Numbered from the stretch's first letter, positions 41,114 through 53,819 are shown. The stretch is 64,000 bases of DNA from Pristiophorus japonicus (GCF_044704955.1 NC_091987.1:154194001-154258000); one strand, 5' to 3'. Program-made: numbers and translations. The notes: generated from the letters alone by a model not told the origin.

Positions 41114-44100
41114 ATGTGTGTGGGTATAAGTGTGAGTGTACAAGTGTGTGTGTATAAGTGAGTGAGTATAAGTGAGTGTGTATAAGTGTGAGTGTATAAG
41201 TGTGAGTGTATATGTGTGTATGTATAAGTGTGAGTGTATAAGTGTGTGTGCATAAGTGTGAGTGTATAAGTGTGTGTGTGTAAGTGTGAGTGTATAAGTG
41301 TGTGTGTATAAGTGAATGAGTATAAGTGAGTGTGTATGACTAAGAGTGTGTGCATAAGTGTGTGTGTATAAGTGTGAGTGTATAAGTGAGTGAGTGTGTA
41401 TATGTGAGTGTGTGAAATTATGAGTGTATGTGTGTGGGTATAAGTGTGTATGTATAAGTGAGTGTGTGAAAATGTGAGCGTATAAGAGTGTGTGCATAAG
41501 TGTGTGTATATTAGTGGGTGTGTATACGTGAGTTTGTATGTATAAGAGCATGTGCATAAGTGTATGTGTATAAGTGTGAGTGTGTATATGTGAGTGTGTG
41601 AAATTGTGAGTGTATATGTGTGGGTATAAGTGTGAGTGTATAAGTGTTAGCGTATAAGTGAGTGTGTGTATAAGTGTGTGTGTATAATTGAGTGTGTACA
41701 AGTGAGTGTATATATGTGAGCGTGAGTATAACTGTGTGTGTATAAGTCAGTATGTATAAGTGTGTGTGTATAAGTGTGTGTGTATAAGTGAGTGTGTATA
41801 AGCGAGCATGTGTATATGTTGTGTGTATAAGTGAGTGTGTATCAGTGTGTGTACATAAGTGAGTGTGTTTAAGTGAGTGAGTGTGTATAAGTGAGTGTGT
41901 ATCAGTGTGTGTACATAAGTGAGTGTGTTTAAGTGAGTGAGTGTGTATAAGTGTGTGTGTATAAGTGAGTGTGTATAAGTGTAAGTGCATAAATTTGAGT
42001 GTATAAGTGCGTGCGTACATTTGAGTGTATATAAGTGTGTGTGTATAAGTGTCTGTATAAGTCAGTGTTATAAGTGAGCATATGTGTATAAGTGTGAGTA
42101 TAAGTGTGTGCATAATTGTGAGTGTATAAGTGTGAGAGTATAAGTGAGCATATATATAAGTGTAAGTGTATAAGGGAGTGTGTATAAGTGAGAGTGTATA
42201 AGTGTGTGTGTGTAAGTGTGTGTATATAAGTGAGTGTGTGTAAATGAGTGTGTATAAATGTGAGTGTATGCGTGTATAAATGTGAGTGTATGCGTGTGTG
42301 TATAATTGAGTGTGTAGAAGTGTGTGTGTATAAGTGACGCTGTATAAGTCAGTGTGTATAAGTGAGAGTGTGTGTGAAAAGTTTGAGTATATGTGTATGT
42401 GTATGAGTGTGTATAAGTGAGTGTGTGAGTGTATAAGTGAGTGTGGGAAAGTGTGAGTACATAAGTGAGTTTATAAATGAGTGTGTATAAGTGTGCATGT
42501 ATAAATGTATGTATAAGTGTGTGTGCATGTGTAAGTGTATAAGTGTGTGCGTATAAGTGAGTGTGTGTATAAAAGTGTGAGTGTATAAATGTGTGTACAT
42601 AAGTGAATGTATAAGTGAGCGTGTGTGTGGAAGTGTGTATGCCTAGGTGTGAGTGTATAAGTAAGTGTGTATAAGTGTGTGTGTATAAGTGAGTGTGAAT
42701 AAGTGAGTGAGTATTTATAAGTGTGTGTGTATAAATGAGTTATAAGTGTGAGTATATAAGTGTGAGTGCATGTGTGTGTGTAAAAGTGAATGTGTATAAT
42801 TGTGAGTGTGTAAGTTTGTGTGTATAGGTGTGAGTGTACGTGTGTGTACCAAAGTGAGTGTTTAGAATTGTGAGTGTATAAGTGTGTGTGTGTATAAGTG
42901 TGTGTGCATAAATGTGAATCTATAAGTGAGTGTGTATAAGTGCATGTGTAAAAGTGAGTGTGTGTGTATAAGGGTGCGTGTATAAGTGAGTGTGTATATG
43001 TGAGCGAGTATGTATAAGTGTGTGTATAATTGCGTGTGTATAAGTGTGAGTGTATAAGTGTGAGTGTTCGTGAGTGTTTAAGTGTGTATGTATAAGAGAG
43101 TGTGTATAAGTGAGAGTGAATAAGTGTGTGTGTATAAGTGAGTGTGTATAAGTGAGTGTTTATAAGCGAGCATGTGTATACGTTGTGTGTATAAGTGAGT
43201 ATGTATAAGTGAGCATGCGTATAATGTAAGTGTATAAATGTGACTGTATTAATGTGTTTGTACACGTGTGTGTGTATACATGTGTGTGTAAAAGTAAGCG
43301 GGTGTGTGGAAATGTGGGTGTATAAGTGGGTGTGTATAAGTCAGTGTGTATAAGTCAGTGTGTATAAGTGTGTGTGTGTGTGTATAAGTGTGAGTATAAG
43401 TGTGTGTGTGAATGTGTGTGTATACGTGAGTGTGTATAAGTGAGTGTGTGAAAGTGTGAGTGTATGTGAGTGTGTGAAAGTGTGAATGTGTAAGTGTGTG
43501 TGTATAACTGTGTGCGATAGTGAGTGTCTAAGGGTGTGTGTATAAGTGTGTGTGCATAAGTGTGAGTGCATGTGAGTGTATAAGTATGTATGTATAAGTG
43601 AGTGTGTATAAGTGAGAGTGAATACGTGAGTGTGTGTATATGTGTATGTATAAGTGAGTGTATTTATGTGAGCGTGTGTATAACTGTGTGTGTGTGGTAG
43701 TGTGAGTTTATAACTGTGTGTTTATAAGTGAGTGTGTATAAGTGAGTGTGGATAAATGGGTGTGTGTAAGTGTGATTGTACTAGTATAAGTGTATAAATA
43801 TGAGTGTATAAGTTTGAGTGTATAAATGTGTGTATAAGTGTGTGTGTATGTCAGTGTGTATGTGAGTGTGTATACATGTGTGTGTCTTAGTGAGTGTATA
43901 TATGTGTGAGTGTATAAGTGAGTGTGAGAACGTGTGAGTGTATATGTGAATGTGTGAAAGTGAGTGTATAAATGAGTGTGTGAAAGTGTGAGTATATATG
44001 TGAGTTTGTGAAAGTGTGAGTTTATAGGTGTGAATGTATAAATGAGCGTGTGAAAGTGTTAGTGTGTAAGTGAATGTGTGTGTATAAGTGTGAGTGTATA

Positions 44101-45505
44101 AGTGAGTGTGTGAAGGCGTGAGTTTATAAGTGTGAATGTATAAGTGTGTGTGTATGCATGTGAGTGCATAAGTGTGTGAAAGTGTGAGTGTATGAGTGAG
44201 TGTGTATAAGTGAGTATGTATAAGTGAGTTTGTGAAAGTGTGTGTGTATATGTTTATGTGCATAAGTGTGAGTGTATATGTGAGTGTGTATAAGTGAGTG
44301 TATATAAGTGAATGTGTATAAGTGAACATGTGAAAGTGTGAGTGTATAAATGAGTGTGTATAAGTGAGTGTGTGAAAGTGTGTGTATAAGCGAGTGTGTA
44401 TAAACGTGAGTGTATAATTGAGCATGTATAAGTGAGTTTGTATATGTGAGTGTGTGAAATTGTGTGTATAGGTGTGTGTGTATAAGTGAGTGTTTATAAG
44501 TGAGCGTGTGAAAGTGTGTGTATAAGCGAGTGTGTATAAACGTGAGTGTATAATTGAGCGTGTATAAGTGAGTTTGTATATGTGAGTGTGTGAAATTGTG
44601 TGTATAGGTGTGTGTGTATAAGTGAGTGTTTATAAGTGAGTGTGTGAAAGTGTGAGTATAGAATTGAATGTGTAAAAGTGTGAGTGTGTAAGTGAGTGTG
44701 TATAAGTGAGTTTATATAAGTGAGTGTGTGAAAGTGTGTGTGTATAAGAGAGTGTGTATAAGTGAGTGTGTATAGGTGAGTGTGTGAAAGTGCTAGTGTA
44801 TAAGTGAGTGTGTATGTGTCTGTCTAAGTAAATGTGTATAAGTGTATGTATAAGTGTGTATATAAGTATGTGTGTGTAAGTGTGTGTGTTTAAGTGAGTG
44901 TGTGAAAGTATGAGTGTATAAGTGAGTGTGTGATAGTGTGAGTGTATAAGTGTGTTTGTATATGTGAGCGTGTATTTCTGAGTGTATAAGTGTATGTATA
45001 AGTGAGAGTGTGTGTGAAAGTGTGAGTGTATAAGTGTGTGTGTATATTTGAGCGTGTATAAGTGAATGCGTCTATATGTGTGAGTGTATAAGTGCGAGTG
45101 TATGTGAGCATGTGTATAAGTATGTGTGTATAAGTCAGTGTGTATGAGAGTGTGTATACATGTGTGTATAAGTCAGTGTGTATAAGTGTGTGTGTATAAG
45201 TGTTTGTGTATGTGTGAGTTTGTAAATGTGACTGTATAATTGAGTGTGTGTGAAAGTGAGTGTGTATAAGTGAGTATGTATAAGTGAGTGTGTAAATGAG
45301 TGTGTATAAGTGAGTGTGTATAAGTGAGTGTGTATAAGTGAGTGTGCATAAGTGGGTGTGTATGAGTGAGTGTGTATCCGTGAGTGTGTATGAGTGAGTG
45401 TGTATGAGTGAGTGTGTATCCGTGAGTGTGTATGAGTGAGTGTGTATGAGTGAGTGTGTATGAGTGAGTGTGTATGAGTGAGTGTGTATCCGTGAGTGTG
45501 TTTGA
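41114..45505. repeat. Complex GT-rich simple satellite, right part
   Basis: Same motifs resume after the CR1; ends in a homogeneous 14-bp TATGAGTGAGTGTG sub-array at ~45360-45500. Confidence 0.97.
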
Positions 45506-45554
45506 GCAACTACACAATGTAAGCAAAATAGTTAAATTATGTGTCCAGACATTG

Positions 45555-46045
45555 AGTCACAGAATCTTACAGCACAGAGGGAGGCCATTCAGCCCATCGT
45601 GCGTGTGCTGGCTCTTTGAAAGAGTGATCCCATTAGTCCCAGTCCCTGCTCGTTCCCCACAGCCCTGCAATTTTTTCCTTTTCATATATTTACCCAATTC
45701 CCGGTTTGAAAGTCACTATTGAACCTGCTCCCACCGACCTTTCAGGCAGCGCGTTCCCGATCACAACAACTCGCTGCGCAAACACATTCTCCCCATCTCC
45801 CCCTCTAGTTCTTTTGCCAATTGCCATAAATATGTGCCCTCTGGTTACCGACACCCCTGCCACAGGAAACAGTTTCTCCCGATCCACTCTATCAAAACTT
45901 GTCATGCTTTTGAACACTTCGATCAAATCTCCCCTGAACCTTCTCTGCTCTAAGGAGAACAACCCCAGCTTCTCCAGTCTCTCCATGTAACTGAAGTCCT
46001 TCACCCCTGGGACCATTCTGGTCAATCTCTTTAGCACCCTTTCCA
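45555..46045 (-). mobile_element. CR1 LINE 3' fragment
   Basis: ORF2 C-terminus (ERLEKLGLFSLEQRRFRGDLIEVFK..TRGH) plus 3' UTR. Confidence 0.9.
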
Positions 46046-46169
46046 GTGATGTAGAAATAAACCTTGGGGGTGAAATTGGACTTGCGAGTGGGGGGCTAAC
46101 ATGGATGACCGATTCTCAAATTATCACGTAGAGCAGAGCACCCAGAGAGCTTTCTTTCGATAACAACTT

Positions 46170-46635
46170 TAACATAGTTCCAGAGCGTGGGGCCCAGGCA
46201 ACAGAAGGCACGGCCACCGATGGTGGAGCGATTATAATCAGGGATGCACCAGAGGCCAGCATTGGAGGAGCGCAGACATCTCGGGGGGCTGTAGGGCTGG
46301 AGGAGGTTCCAGAGATAGGGAGGGGGGAGGGCCATGGAGGGATTTGTAAACAAGGATGAGAATTTTAAAATCGAGGTGTTGCTTAACCAGGAGCCAATGT
46401 AGGTCAGCGAGCACAGAGGAGATGGGTGAGTGGGACTTGGTGTGAGTTAGGACACGGGCAGCCGAGTTTGGTTGAAGTTAAGTTTACAGAGGATGGAAGA
46501 AGGTAGTCAGGAGAACAATGTAATAGTCGAGTCTGCAGCTAAAAAAGGCCTGGATGAGCATTTCAGCAGCAGAGGGGCTGACACAGGGGCGAGGATGGGC
46601 AATGTTTACAGAGGTGGACAAAGGTGGTCTTGCTG
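46170..46635 (-). mobile_element. L2-clade LINE ORF2 C-terminal fragment
   Basis: Minus-strand motifs LIQAF..RLDY, AARVLT..SPI..LADLHWL, PPRCLRSS..GRAF..GPTLWN. Confidence 0.82.
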
Positions 46636-46639
46636 GATC

Positions 46640-48304
46640 TCTAACTTAAATAAAGGAGACTATGAAGGTATGAGGGCAGAGTTGGGTAAAGTGGATTGGG
46701 AAAATAGATGAAAGTGTAGGACGGTTGATGAACAGTGGTGTACATTTAAGGAGATATTTCATAACTCTCAAGAAAAATATATTCCAGTGAGGAGGAAAGG
46801 GTGTAAGAGAAAAGATAGCCATCAGGGGATAACTAAAGAAATAAAAGACGGCATCCAATTCAAAACAAGGGCTTACAAAGTGGCCAAAACTAATGGGAGG
46901 ACAGAAGATTGGGAAGCTTTTAAAAGCCAGCAAAGAACGACTAAAAAAATGATTAAGTAAGGGAAGATAGACTATGAGAGTAAACTAGCACAAAATATAA
47001 AAACAGATAGCAAGAGTTTCTATAGGTATATAAAAAGGAAAAGAGTTGCTAAAGTAAATGTTGGTCCCTTAGAGGACGAGACCGGGGAATTAGTAATGGG
47101 GAACATGGAGATGGCAGAATCTCTGAACAAATATTTAGTATCAGTCTTTACGGTAGAGGACACTAACAATATCCCAACAGTGGATAGTCAAGGGGCTATA
47201 GGCGGGGAGGAACTTAACACAATCACAATCACTGAGGAGGTGGTACTCAGTAAGATAATGGGACTAAAGGCAGATAAATCCCCTGGACCTGATGCTTGCA
47301 TCCTAGAGTCTTAAGAGAAGTAGCGGCAGGGATAGTGGATGCATTGGTTGTAATTTACCAAAATTCCCTGGAATCTGGGGAGGTCCCAGCAGATTGGAAA
47401 CTGCAAATGTAACGCCCCTATTTAAAAAAGGAGGCAGAAAAAAAGCAGGAAACTATAGACCAGTTAGCCTAACATCTGTGGTTGGGAAAATGTTGGAGTC
47501 CATTATTAAAGAAGCAGTAGCAGGATATTTGGAAAAGCAAAATTCGGTCAGGCAGAGTCAGCATGGATTTATGAAGGGGAAGTCATGTTTGACAAATTTG
47601 TTGGAATTCTTTGAGGATGTAACGAACAGGGTGGATAAAGGGGAAGCAGTGGATGTGGTGTATTTGGACTTCCAGAAGGTATTTGACAAGGTGCCACATA
47701 AAAGGTTACTGCACAAGATAAAAGTTCATGGGGTTGGGGGTAATATATTAGCATGGACAGAGGATTGGCTAACTAACAGAAAACAGAGAGTCTGGATAAA
47801 TGGTTCATTCTCGGGTTGGCAACCAGTAACTAGTGGGGTGCCGCAGGGATCAGTACTGGGACCCCAACTATTTACAATCTATATTAATGACTTGGATGAA
47901 GGGTCCGAGTGTAATGTAGCCAAATTTGCTGACGATACAAAGATGGGAGGAAAAGCAATGTGTGAGGAGGACACAATAAATCTGCAAAAGGACATAGACA
48001 GACTAAGTGAGTGGGCAAAAATTTGGCAGATGGATTGGAAAGTGTGAGGAATTTCTTCTCTTAGATGGTTGTAAATCTATGGAATTCACTGCCTCAGAGA
48101 CCTGTGGAAGCTGGGACATTGAATAAATTTAAGACAGAAAAAGACAGTTTCTTGAGCAATAAGAGGATAAGGAATTTTGGAGAGTGGGCAGGGAAGTGGA
48201 GCTGAGTCCATGAACAGATCAGCCACAATTGTATTAAATGGCGGAGTAGGCTCGACGGGGCCGTATGGCCTACTCCTGCTCCTATTTCTTATGTTCTTAT
48301 GTTC
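46640..48304 (+). mobile_element. 5'-truncated CR1 LINE with internal deletion near 48040
   Basis: RT ORF piece 47394-48047; jumps from WQM to the NFF..VVNLWNSL region; TTCTTATG tail at 48286-48304. Confidence 0.93.
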
Positions 48305-48460
48305 TGACGTGTAAACGTGGTCAGAATCTCATCTTGTGGTACAACACGACACCAAGGTTGTGAAAAGTCTGGTTCAGCCTGAGACAGGGAGCAAGATAAC
48401 CAGATTCTTTGCTGTGCACTAATTCATTCAATTCTGACCCCCCCCATCTTTCCGTTTCAG

Positions 48461-48817
48461 GCGCGCTGTCGGAGGGATGGACCATCCGAGCTTTGCCCAG
48501 GAGGGCCGTGAGCAGGTCTTGTGTGGTGATACCCTGTACTTTCGACTTTCCTTCACACCGTTACAAAGCCCTGCATGGGGCCTGGTTTAAGTACTGGCAT
48601 TACTGGAAGTATACCGTCGTCTACACAAAGGATCCCAAATATGGGATGTCCACATTCGTGGGACGAGCCAAAATAATTGGTGATTTGGAGCAGAAGAATT
48701 GCACCTTGAGGATCAATAATCTCAGACCCGATGACAGTGATGTGTATTACTTCTACGTGGATTTGGAGGGCTTCACGGATCATACCTTCACAGAACCTGT
48801 CCAGCTACAGGTTGTCC
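48461..48817 (+). CDS. Siglec-like gene, N-terminal V-set Ig exon
   Basis: Acceptor TTTCAG|, donor |GTAAGT, phase 1-1, 357 bp; Siglec V-set signature CVVIPCTF..W..GRA..GDL..NCTLRI..DS..YYF with B- and E-strand Cys and no F-strand Cys. Confidence 0.93.
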
Positions 48818-48853
48818 GTAAGTCTCCACTCCATTCACCCTCAGTCCGTCAAT

Positions 48854-48962
48854 GGCAGCCATGGCTCAGCTCTCTCTCTCTCGCCTCTGAGTTCAAAGGT
48901 CGTGGGAACAAGGCCTGACTCCAGGAGACTTGAGCACAAAATCCAGACTGATAGTCCAGTAT
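48854..48962 (+). mobile_element. tRNA-derived SINE 5' head, second copy
   Basis: GGCAGCCATGGCTCAG(CT)nCGCCTCTGAG..GTGGGAACAAGGCC..ACTCCAGGAGACTTGAGCACAAAATCCAGACTGA; colinear with 35390-35507 minus strand; B box degraded. Confidence 0.8.
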
Positions 48963-49520
48963 CGTACAGAGGGAGTACTGCACTGTCCGAGGGGCAGTAC
49001 TGAGGGAGTGCTGCATTATCCAAGGGGCAGTACTGATGGAGCGCCACACTGTTGGAGGGGTAGTGCTGAGGGAGCGCCGCAATGGCGGAGGGGCAGTACT
49101 GAGGGAGCGCCGCACTGTCGGAGGGGCAGTACTGAGGGAGCACTGCACTGTCGGAGGGTCAGTACTGAAGGAGGTCCGTACTGTCGGAAGGGTAGTATTG
49201 AGGGAGCATTGCACTGTCAGAGGAGCTGTAATGAAGGAGCGCTGCACTGTCAGAGGGGCAGTACTGAGGAAATGCCGCACTGATGGAGGGGCAGAACTGA
49301 AGGAGTTCTGTACTGTGAGAGGGGCAGTACTGAGGGAGCACTGAACTGTCGGAGGGGGGCAGTACTGAGGAAGCACTGCACTGTCGGAGGGGAAGTACTG
49401 AGGGAGTGCTGCACTGTCGTAGTGGCAGTATTGAGGGAGCGCTGCACTGTCGGAGGGGCAGTACTGAGGGAGTGTTGAACTGTCGGAGGGACAGTACTGA
49501 GGGAGCACTGAACTGTCGGA
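48963..49520. repeat. ~17 units of the same 33-bp repeat, opposite orientation to the main array
   Basis: CAGTACTGAGGGAGCGCCGCACTGTCGGAGGGG units. Confidence 0.97.
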
Positions 49521-49588
49521 GTGGAGGCTTGTGTGGAGCATAAACACTGGCATGAACCAGTTGGGCCTGCTGTAGACTCGATGTAATC
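49521..49588 (+). mobile_element. CR1-type 3' tail segment abutting the 33-bp array
   Basis: GGAGCATAAACACTGGCATGAACCAGTTGGGCC resembles GGAGGCATAAACACCGGCACAGACCAGTTGGGCC in the CR1 3' UTR at ~53609-53642. Confidence 0.72.
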
Positions 49589-49689
49589 CTTTCCAAAATT
49601 CGATATCCAACGATGAAATGTGTTTTGTTTGATCAGTGTTGAGGTGTGGATACACTCTACTTGCCCTGAGAAGGTATTAGTGGGACTTG

Positions 49690-50010
49690 TAATAACTAGG
49701 AGCGAGAGTAGGCCATTCGGCTCCTCCATTGACTAAGATCTTGGCTGATCTTCTACCTCAACTCCACTTTCCCACACGTTCTAAATATATCCCTTGGTTC
49801 TATTAGTATCCAAAACTCTATCGATCTCTGTCAGGAATCTACTCCTGAACTGGGGTAGGGAATTCCAAAGATTCACCACCATCTGAGAGAAAAAAATTCT
49901 CCTCATTTCAGTCCTATATGGCTAAGATTATGACCCTTGGTTCTAGACTCCCCAGCCCGGGGAAACGTCCTCCCTGCATCCAACCTGTCAAGTCCTGTAA
50001 GAATTTTGAA
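49690..50010 (-). mobile_element. Degenerate CR1 3' fragment
   Basis: FKILTGLDRLDAGR..ESRTKGH on the minus strand plus 3' UTR motif AGGCCATTCGGC. Confidence 0.8.
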
Positions 50011-50319
50011 TTGTTGACGCAAGTGAGCTGCCTCACCATGTGTGAACCACGCCACCTGGGTCTGGAGTCTCATATTGGCCCAGACCAGGCAGCGATGGTC
50101 GCTCCACTTCATTGAAGGACATTAATGGGTGTTATGGGGGTTTTAGGACAACCTGGCAGATTCCATGGTCATTTCATCTGGTGCCGTTTCACAAATGACC
50201 AGAATTCAACTTGCCCGAGTGGTATTTGAACTCATGACCATGGGGTTCCCACCCCAGTATCAGGACCACTATGTTATCGCATAGGGAAGCATGCATCATG
50301 AAGAGTCATCTGCCTAAGA

Positions 50320-51487
50320 ATTTTGCAGATGATACGAAACTTGGCAAAGTAGTTGTAATGTATACACCTGGTGAGTACGCTCACAGGTTTGTAGAGTTGT
50401 TGAGTGGGAGTGGCTGAGCCAGTCACCTGATGTTCACAAGACGCAATAAAACCCCAGCCCGTTGGGTTCGGGGGATCCACGATGAGGCAGGTGGTTGTGA
50501 GCCTGGTGGATGAACTGTAATGTTTAGTGTGATTGTTAAACCTTTTGCTAATAAACCAACTAGTTCTTAATAGCAATGTGTTGCTATGAATTCTTAAGCA
50601 AAGAACCCTTGAAGCAAATACATTACAGTAGTAGATAGTGCTGAGGATAGTTATAGGCTTCAGGATGGGGAAATGGGCAGAGGCACGGCAGATACAGTTC
50701 AAAGCAGAGAAGTGTGAAGTGAAGCACTTTGGGAGCAGTAATGTGGAAAGACAGTGTACAATAAATGGCACGGCTTTGGAAAGTTCGATGAGACAAGACC
50801 TCGGTGTCCTTATACACAAATCCTTAAAGGTGGCAGGGAAAGCTGATCAGGTGGTTAAAAAGCCAATGTGTTACTAGGGTTTATGAATAGAGGATAGAAT
50901 ATAAAAGCAAAGAATATATGCTGGAACTTTATACATCACTGGTTAGGCCTCAGCTGGAGTAATGTGGCCAATTCTGGGCACCACACCGGGAAAGGTGTAA
51001 AGGCCTTAGAAAGGGCACAGAGGAGGTTTACCGGGATGTTACTGGGGAGGGGGAACTTCAGTTATGAGGAGGTTGGAAAAGTTCGGGCTGTTCTCCTGGG
51101 AACAGAGGGTGAAGAGGTGCCCTAATCCAGGTTCTGAAGCTGATGAGAGGTGGTGATAGAGTAAATCAGGAAACTGTTCCCTCTGGGGACTGGCTCAGTA
51201 ACCAGAGGTCACACATTCAAAATCATTGGTAAAGGATCTTTGGGGAGAGGAGGAGAAATGTTCCCACTGTGAGTTGTGGGGGTCTGGGACGCTCCACCTG
51301 AAAAGCTGGTTCACCAATAATTGTAAAAGGGAGATGGACGGGTTCTGGGGGATGGGGAACTTACAGGGTTACGGACAGAGAGTGGGGATGTGGGACTGAG
51401 CACGACTGCTTTTCAAAGAGCGGGCACAGCACGATGGGCCAAATGGCCTCTTTCTGTGCTGTAGCTTTTTTTAATGATTTGATGATA
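50320..51487 (+). mobile_element. Old degenerate CR1 fragment interrupted by a solo LTR
   Basis: FADDTKLGKV at ~50322-50352, continuing after 50628 (KWAEARQIQFKAEKCEV); 3' UTR near 51430-51487. Confidence 0.85.
50354..50627 (+). mobile_element. Solo LTR (274 bp)
   Basis: TG...CA ends with 10-bp terminal inverted repeat TGTAATGTAT/ATACATTACA, internal AATAAA, 5-bp TSD GTAGT (50349-50353, 50628-50632). Confidence 0.88.
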
Positions 51488-51489
51488 GA

Positions 51490-52765
51490 GCAAAGGTTAT
51501 TACACAAGATAAGGGCTCCTGGGATTGGAGATAATATATTAGCATAGATAGAGGATTGGTTAACGGACAGAAAACAGAGAGTGGGGATAAACGGGTTTTT
51601 CTCAGGTTGGCAGGCTGTAACTAGTGGGGTGCCACAAGGATCAGTGCTGGGGCCTCAGCTATTTACAATCTATATTAATGATCTAGATGAAGGGACTGAG
51701 TGTAATATATCCAAGTTTGCTGACGGTGCAAAGCTAGATGGGACAGTAAGCTGTGAGGAGAACACAAAGTGTCTACAGAGGGATATAGATAGACTGAGTG
51801 AGTGGGCAGTGAGGTGGCAGATGCAGTATAAAGTGGGGAAATGTGAGGTTATTCACATTGGTAGGAAGAATAAAAAAACAGAATCATTTTTAAATAGTGA
51901 TAAACGTTTAAATGTTGATGTTCAGGGAGATTTGGGTGTCCTTGTACAGGAAACACAGAAAGCGAGCATGCAGGTACAGCAAACAATAAGGGAGGCAAAT
52001 GGCATGTTGGCTTTTATTGCAAGGGGGGTTGTAGTATAAGAGTAAGGAAGTCTTGCTACAACTGTACAGGGCCTTGGTGAGACCACATCTGGAGGACTGT
52101 GCACAGTTTGGGTCTCCTTATCTAAGGAAGGATATACTTGCCTGGGAGATGGTACAACGGAGGTTCACTAGATTGACTCCAGTGATGAGAGGGCTGTCCT
52201 TTGATGAGAGATTGTGTAGAATGGGCCGATACTCTCTGGAGTTTAGAAGAATGAGAGGTGATCTCATTGAAGCACACAAGATTCTGAAGGGAATTGACAG
52301 GGTAGCTGCTGAGAGGATGTTTCCCCCGGGCTGGAGTGTTTAGAACCAGGGATCACAGTCTCAGGATAAGGGGAAGACCATTTAAGACCAAGATGAGGAG
52401 GAATTTCTTCACTCAGAGGGTGGTGAATCTCTGGAATTCTCTGCCCCAGAGGGCTGTGGATGCTGAGTCTGAATATATTCAAGGCTGAGATCGATAGATT
52501 ATTGGAGTCTAGTTATGGCGAAAAAGCGGGAATATGGTGCTGAGATAGAGGATCAGCCATGATCATATTGAATGGCGGTGCAGACGCGAAGGGCCGAATG
52601 GCCTACTACTGCTCCGATTTTCTATGTTTCTAGGGGAATCAAGGGATATGGAGATGGGGCGGGAAAGTGGAGTTGAGGTTGATGATCAGCCATGATCTCA
52701 TTGAATGTTGGAGCAGGCTCGAGGGCCGTAGGGCCTACTCCTGCTCCTATTTCTTATGTTCTTAT
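51490..52765 (+). mobile_element. 5'-truncated CR1 with a nested second CR1 3' end (~52513-52632)
   Basis: RT pieces 51581-52343; two successive 3' UTR/tail copies. Confidence 0.9.
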
Positions 52766-52843
52766 GACAAACCCAAGAGAATTATTGGATCGACATCTTT
52801 GTTCTGTTTGACTGCCAACCTCTGTATCTTTCGTGTTGCCCAG

Positions 52844-53131
52844 ATGTTCCGGATAAACCTGAGATATTACTCCATGAGGATATAACCGAAGGGAATCCTG
52901 TGAATATAATCTGCAAATCTCTCTTCGCTTGCCCTGATAATCGTCCCATTCTAACCTGGAGTGAATTGCCTGAGTCCACTGTCAACACTGTCACCAAGAA
53001 CAGTGACGAGGTTTCCACTGTGCTGACCTTTAACCCTTCGTTCAAGCATCACGGACTAACTGTTCTCTGTACGGCCGACTTCCCTGAAACGAGCCATCGA
53101 CTGGTGAACTCTGTCACCTTGAGTGTAAAAT
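52844..53131 (+). CDS. Siglec-like gene, first C2-set Ig exon
   Basis: CCCAG| acceptor, |GTAAGT donor, phase 1-1, 288 bp; VPDKPEI..EG..VNIICKSLFACP..PILTW..LTFNPS..HHG..VLC..VTLSVK, including the extra Cys typical of Siglec domain 2. Confidence 0.93.
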
Positions 53132-53199
53132 GTAAGTATTGGTTCGAAAGTCTTGGTGGTGTTCCAGCTGCAATTGGTCACATATTAAGTGAGGCACTG

Positions 53200-53682
53200 G
53201 GGAAGGTGCAAAAATTGATTTACAAGGAACTGAACTGAGAGCTTAGAACTATCAGGGAAGTCTAAACAGGCTGGGCCTCCTTTCTCTATAAAAGAGAAGG
53301 CTGAGGGGTGACCTGATAGAGGCCTTTAAAATGATGAAGGGGTTTGATAGGGTAGATGTAGAGAAGATGTTTCCACTTGTGGGGGAGACCAGAACTAGGG
53401 GCCATCAATATAAGATAATCACTGATAAATCCAATCAGGAATTCTGGAGAAACTCTTTCCCCAGAGAGTGGTGAGAATGTGGAACTCGCTGCCACAGGGA
53501 GTGGTTGAGGCGAATAGGATAGATACATTTAAGGGGAAGCTGGATAAAGACATGAGGGAGAAGGGAATAGAAGGATATGGTGATAGATTGAGATGAAGAG
53601 GGGTGGGAGGAGGCATAAACACCGGCACAGACCAGTTGGGCCCGAATGGCCTTTTCTGTGCTATACGTCTATGTTATTCTAT
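53200..53682 (+). mobile_element. CR1 3' fragment
   Basis: RRLRGDLIEAFKMMKGFDRVD..TRGH..RVVRMWNSL plus 3' UTR and TCTATG tail. Confidence 0.88.
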
Positions 53683-53819
53683 GGAAAAACTCTCTCTAAT
53701 CAGGAACACTGAGCAGGTTATACACAAGCTAGCGTTGGAGCTGTATCCGATCCAAGCTTGTAACCCGCCCCAGTCCGGGACTCACATGTTAAATCATAAA
53801 CTCTCTCAGGTTCACTCTA

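Noticed and set aside
35902-45526. His/Thr/Tyr-rich ORFs
   Set aside because: Translations of the (CA)n/CTTATA simple satellite.
48463-48476. V-set exon start GCGCTGTCGGAGGG matches the satellite unit (GCACTGTCGGAGGG) at 13/14
   Set aside because: Too short to distinguish from chance; the flanks do not extend the match.
50010-50270. Possible additional degraded interspersed repeat
   Set aside because: Looks repeat-like but is too diverged to assign or bound without a library search.
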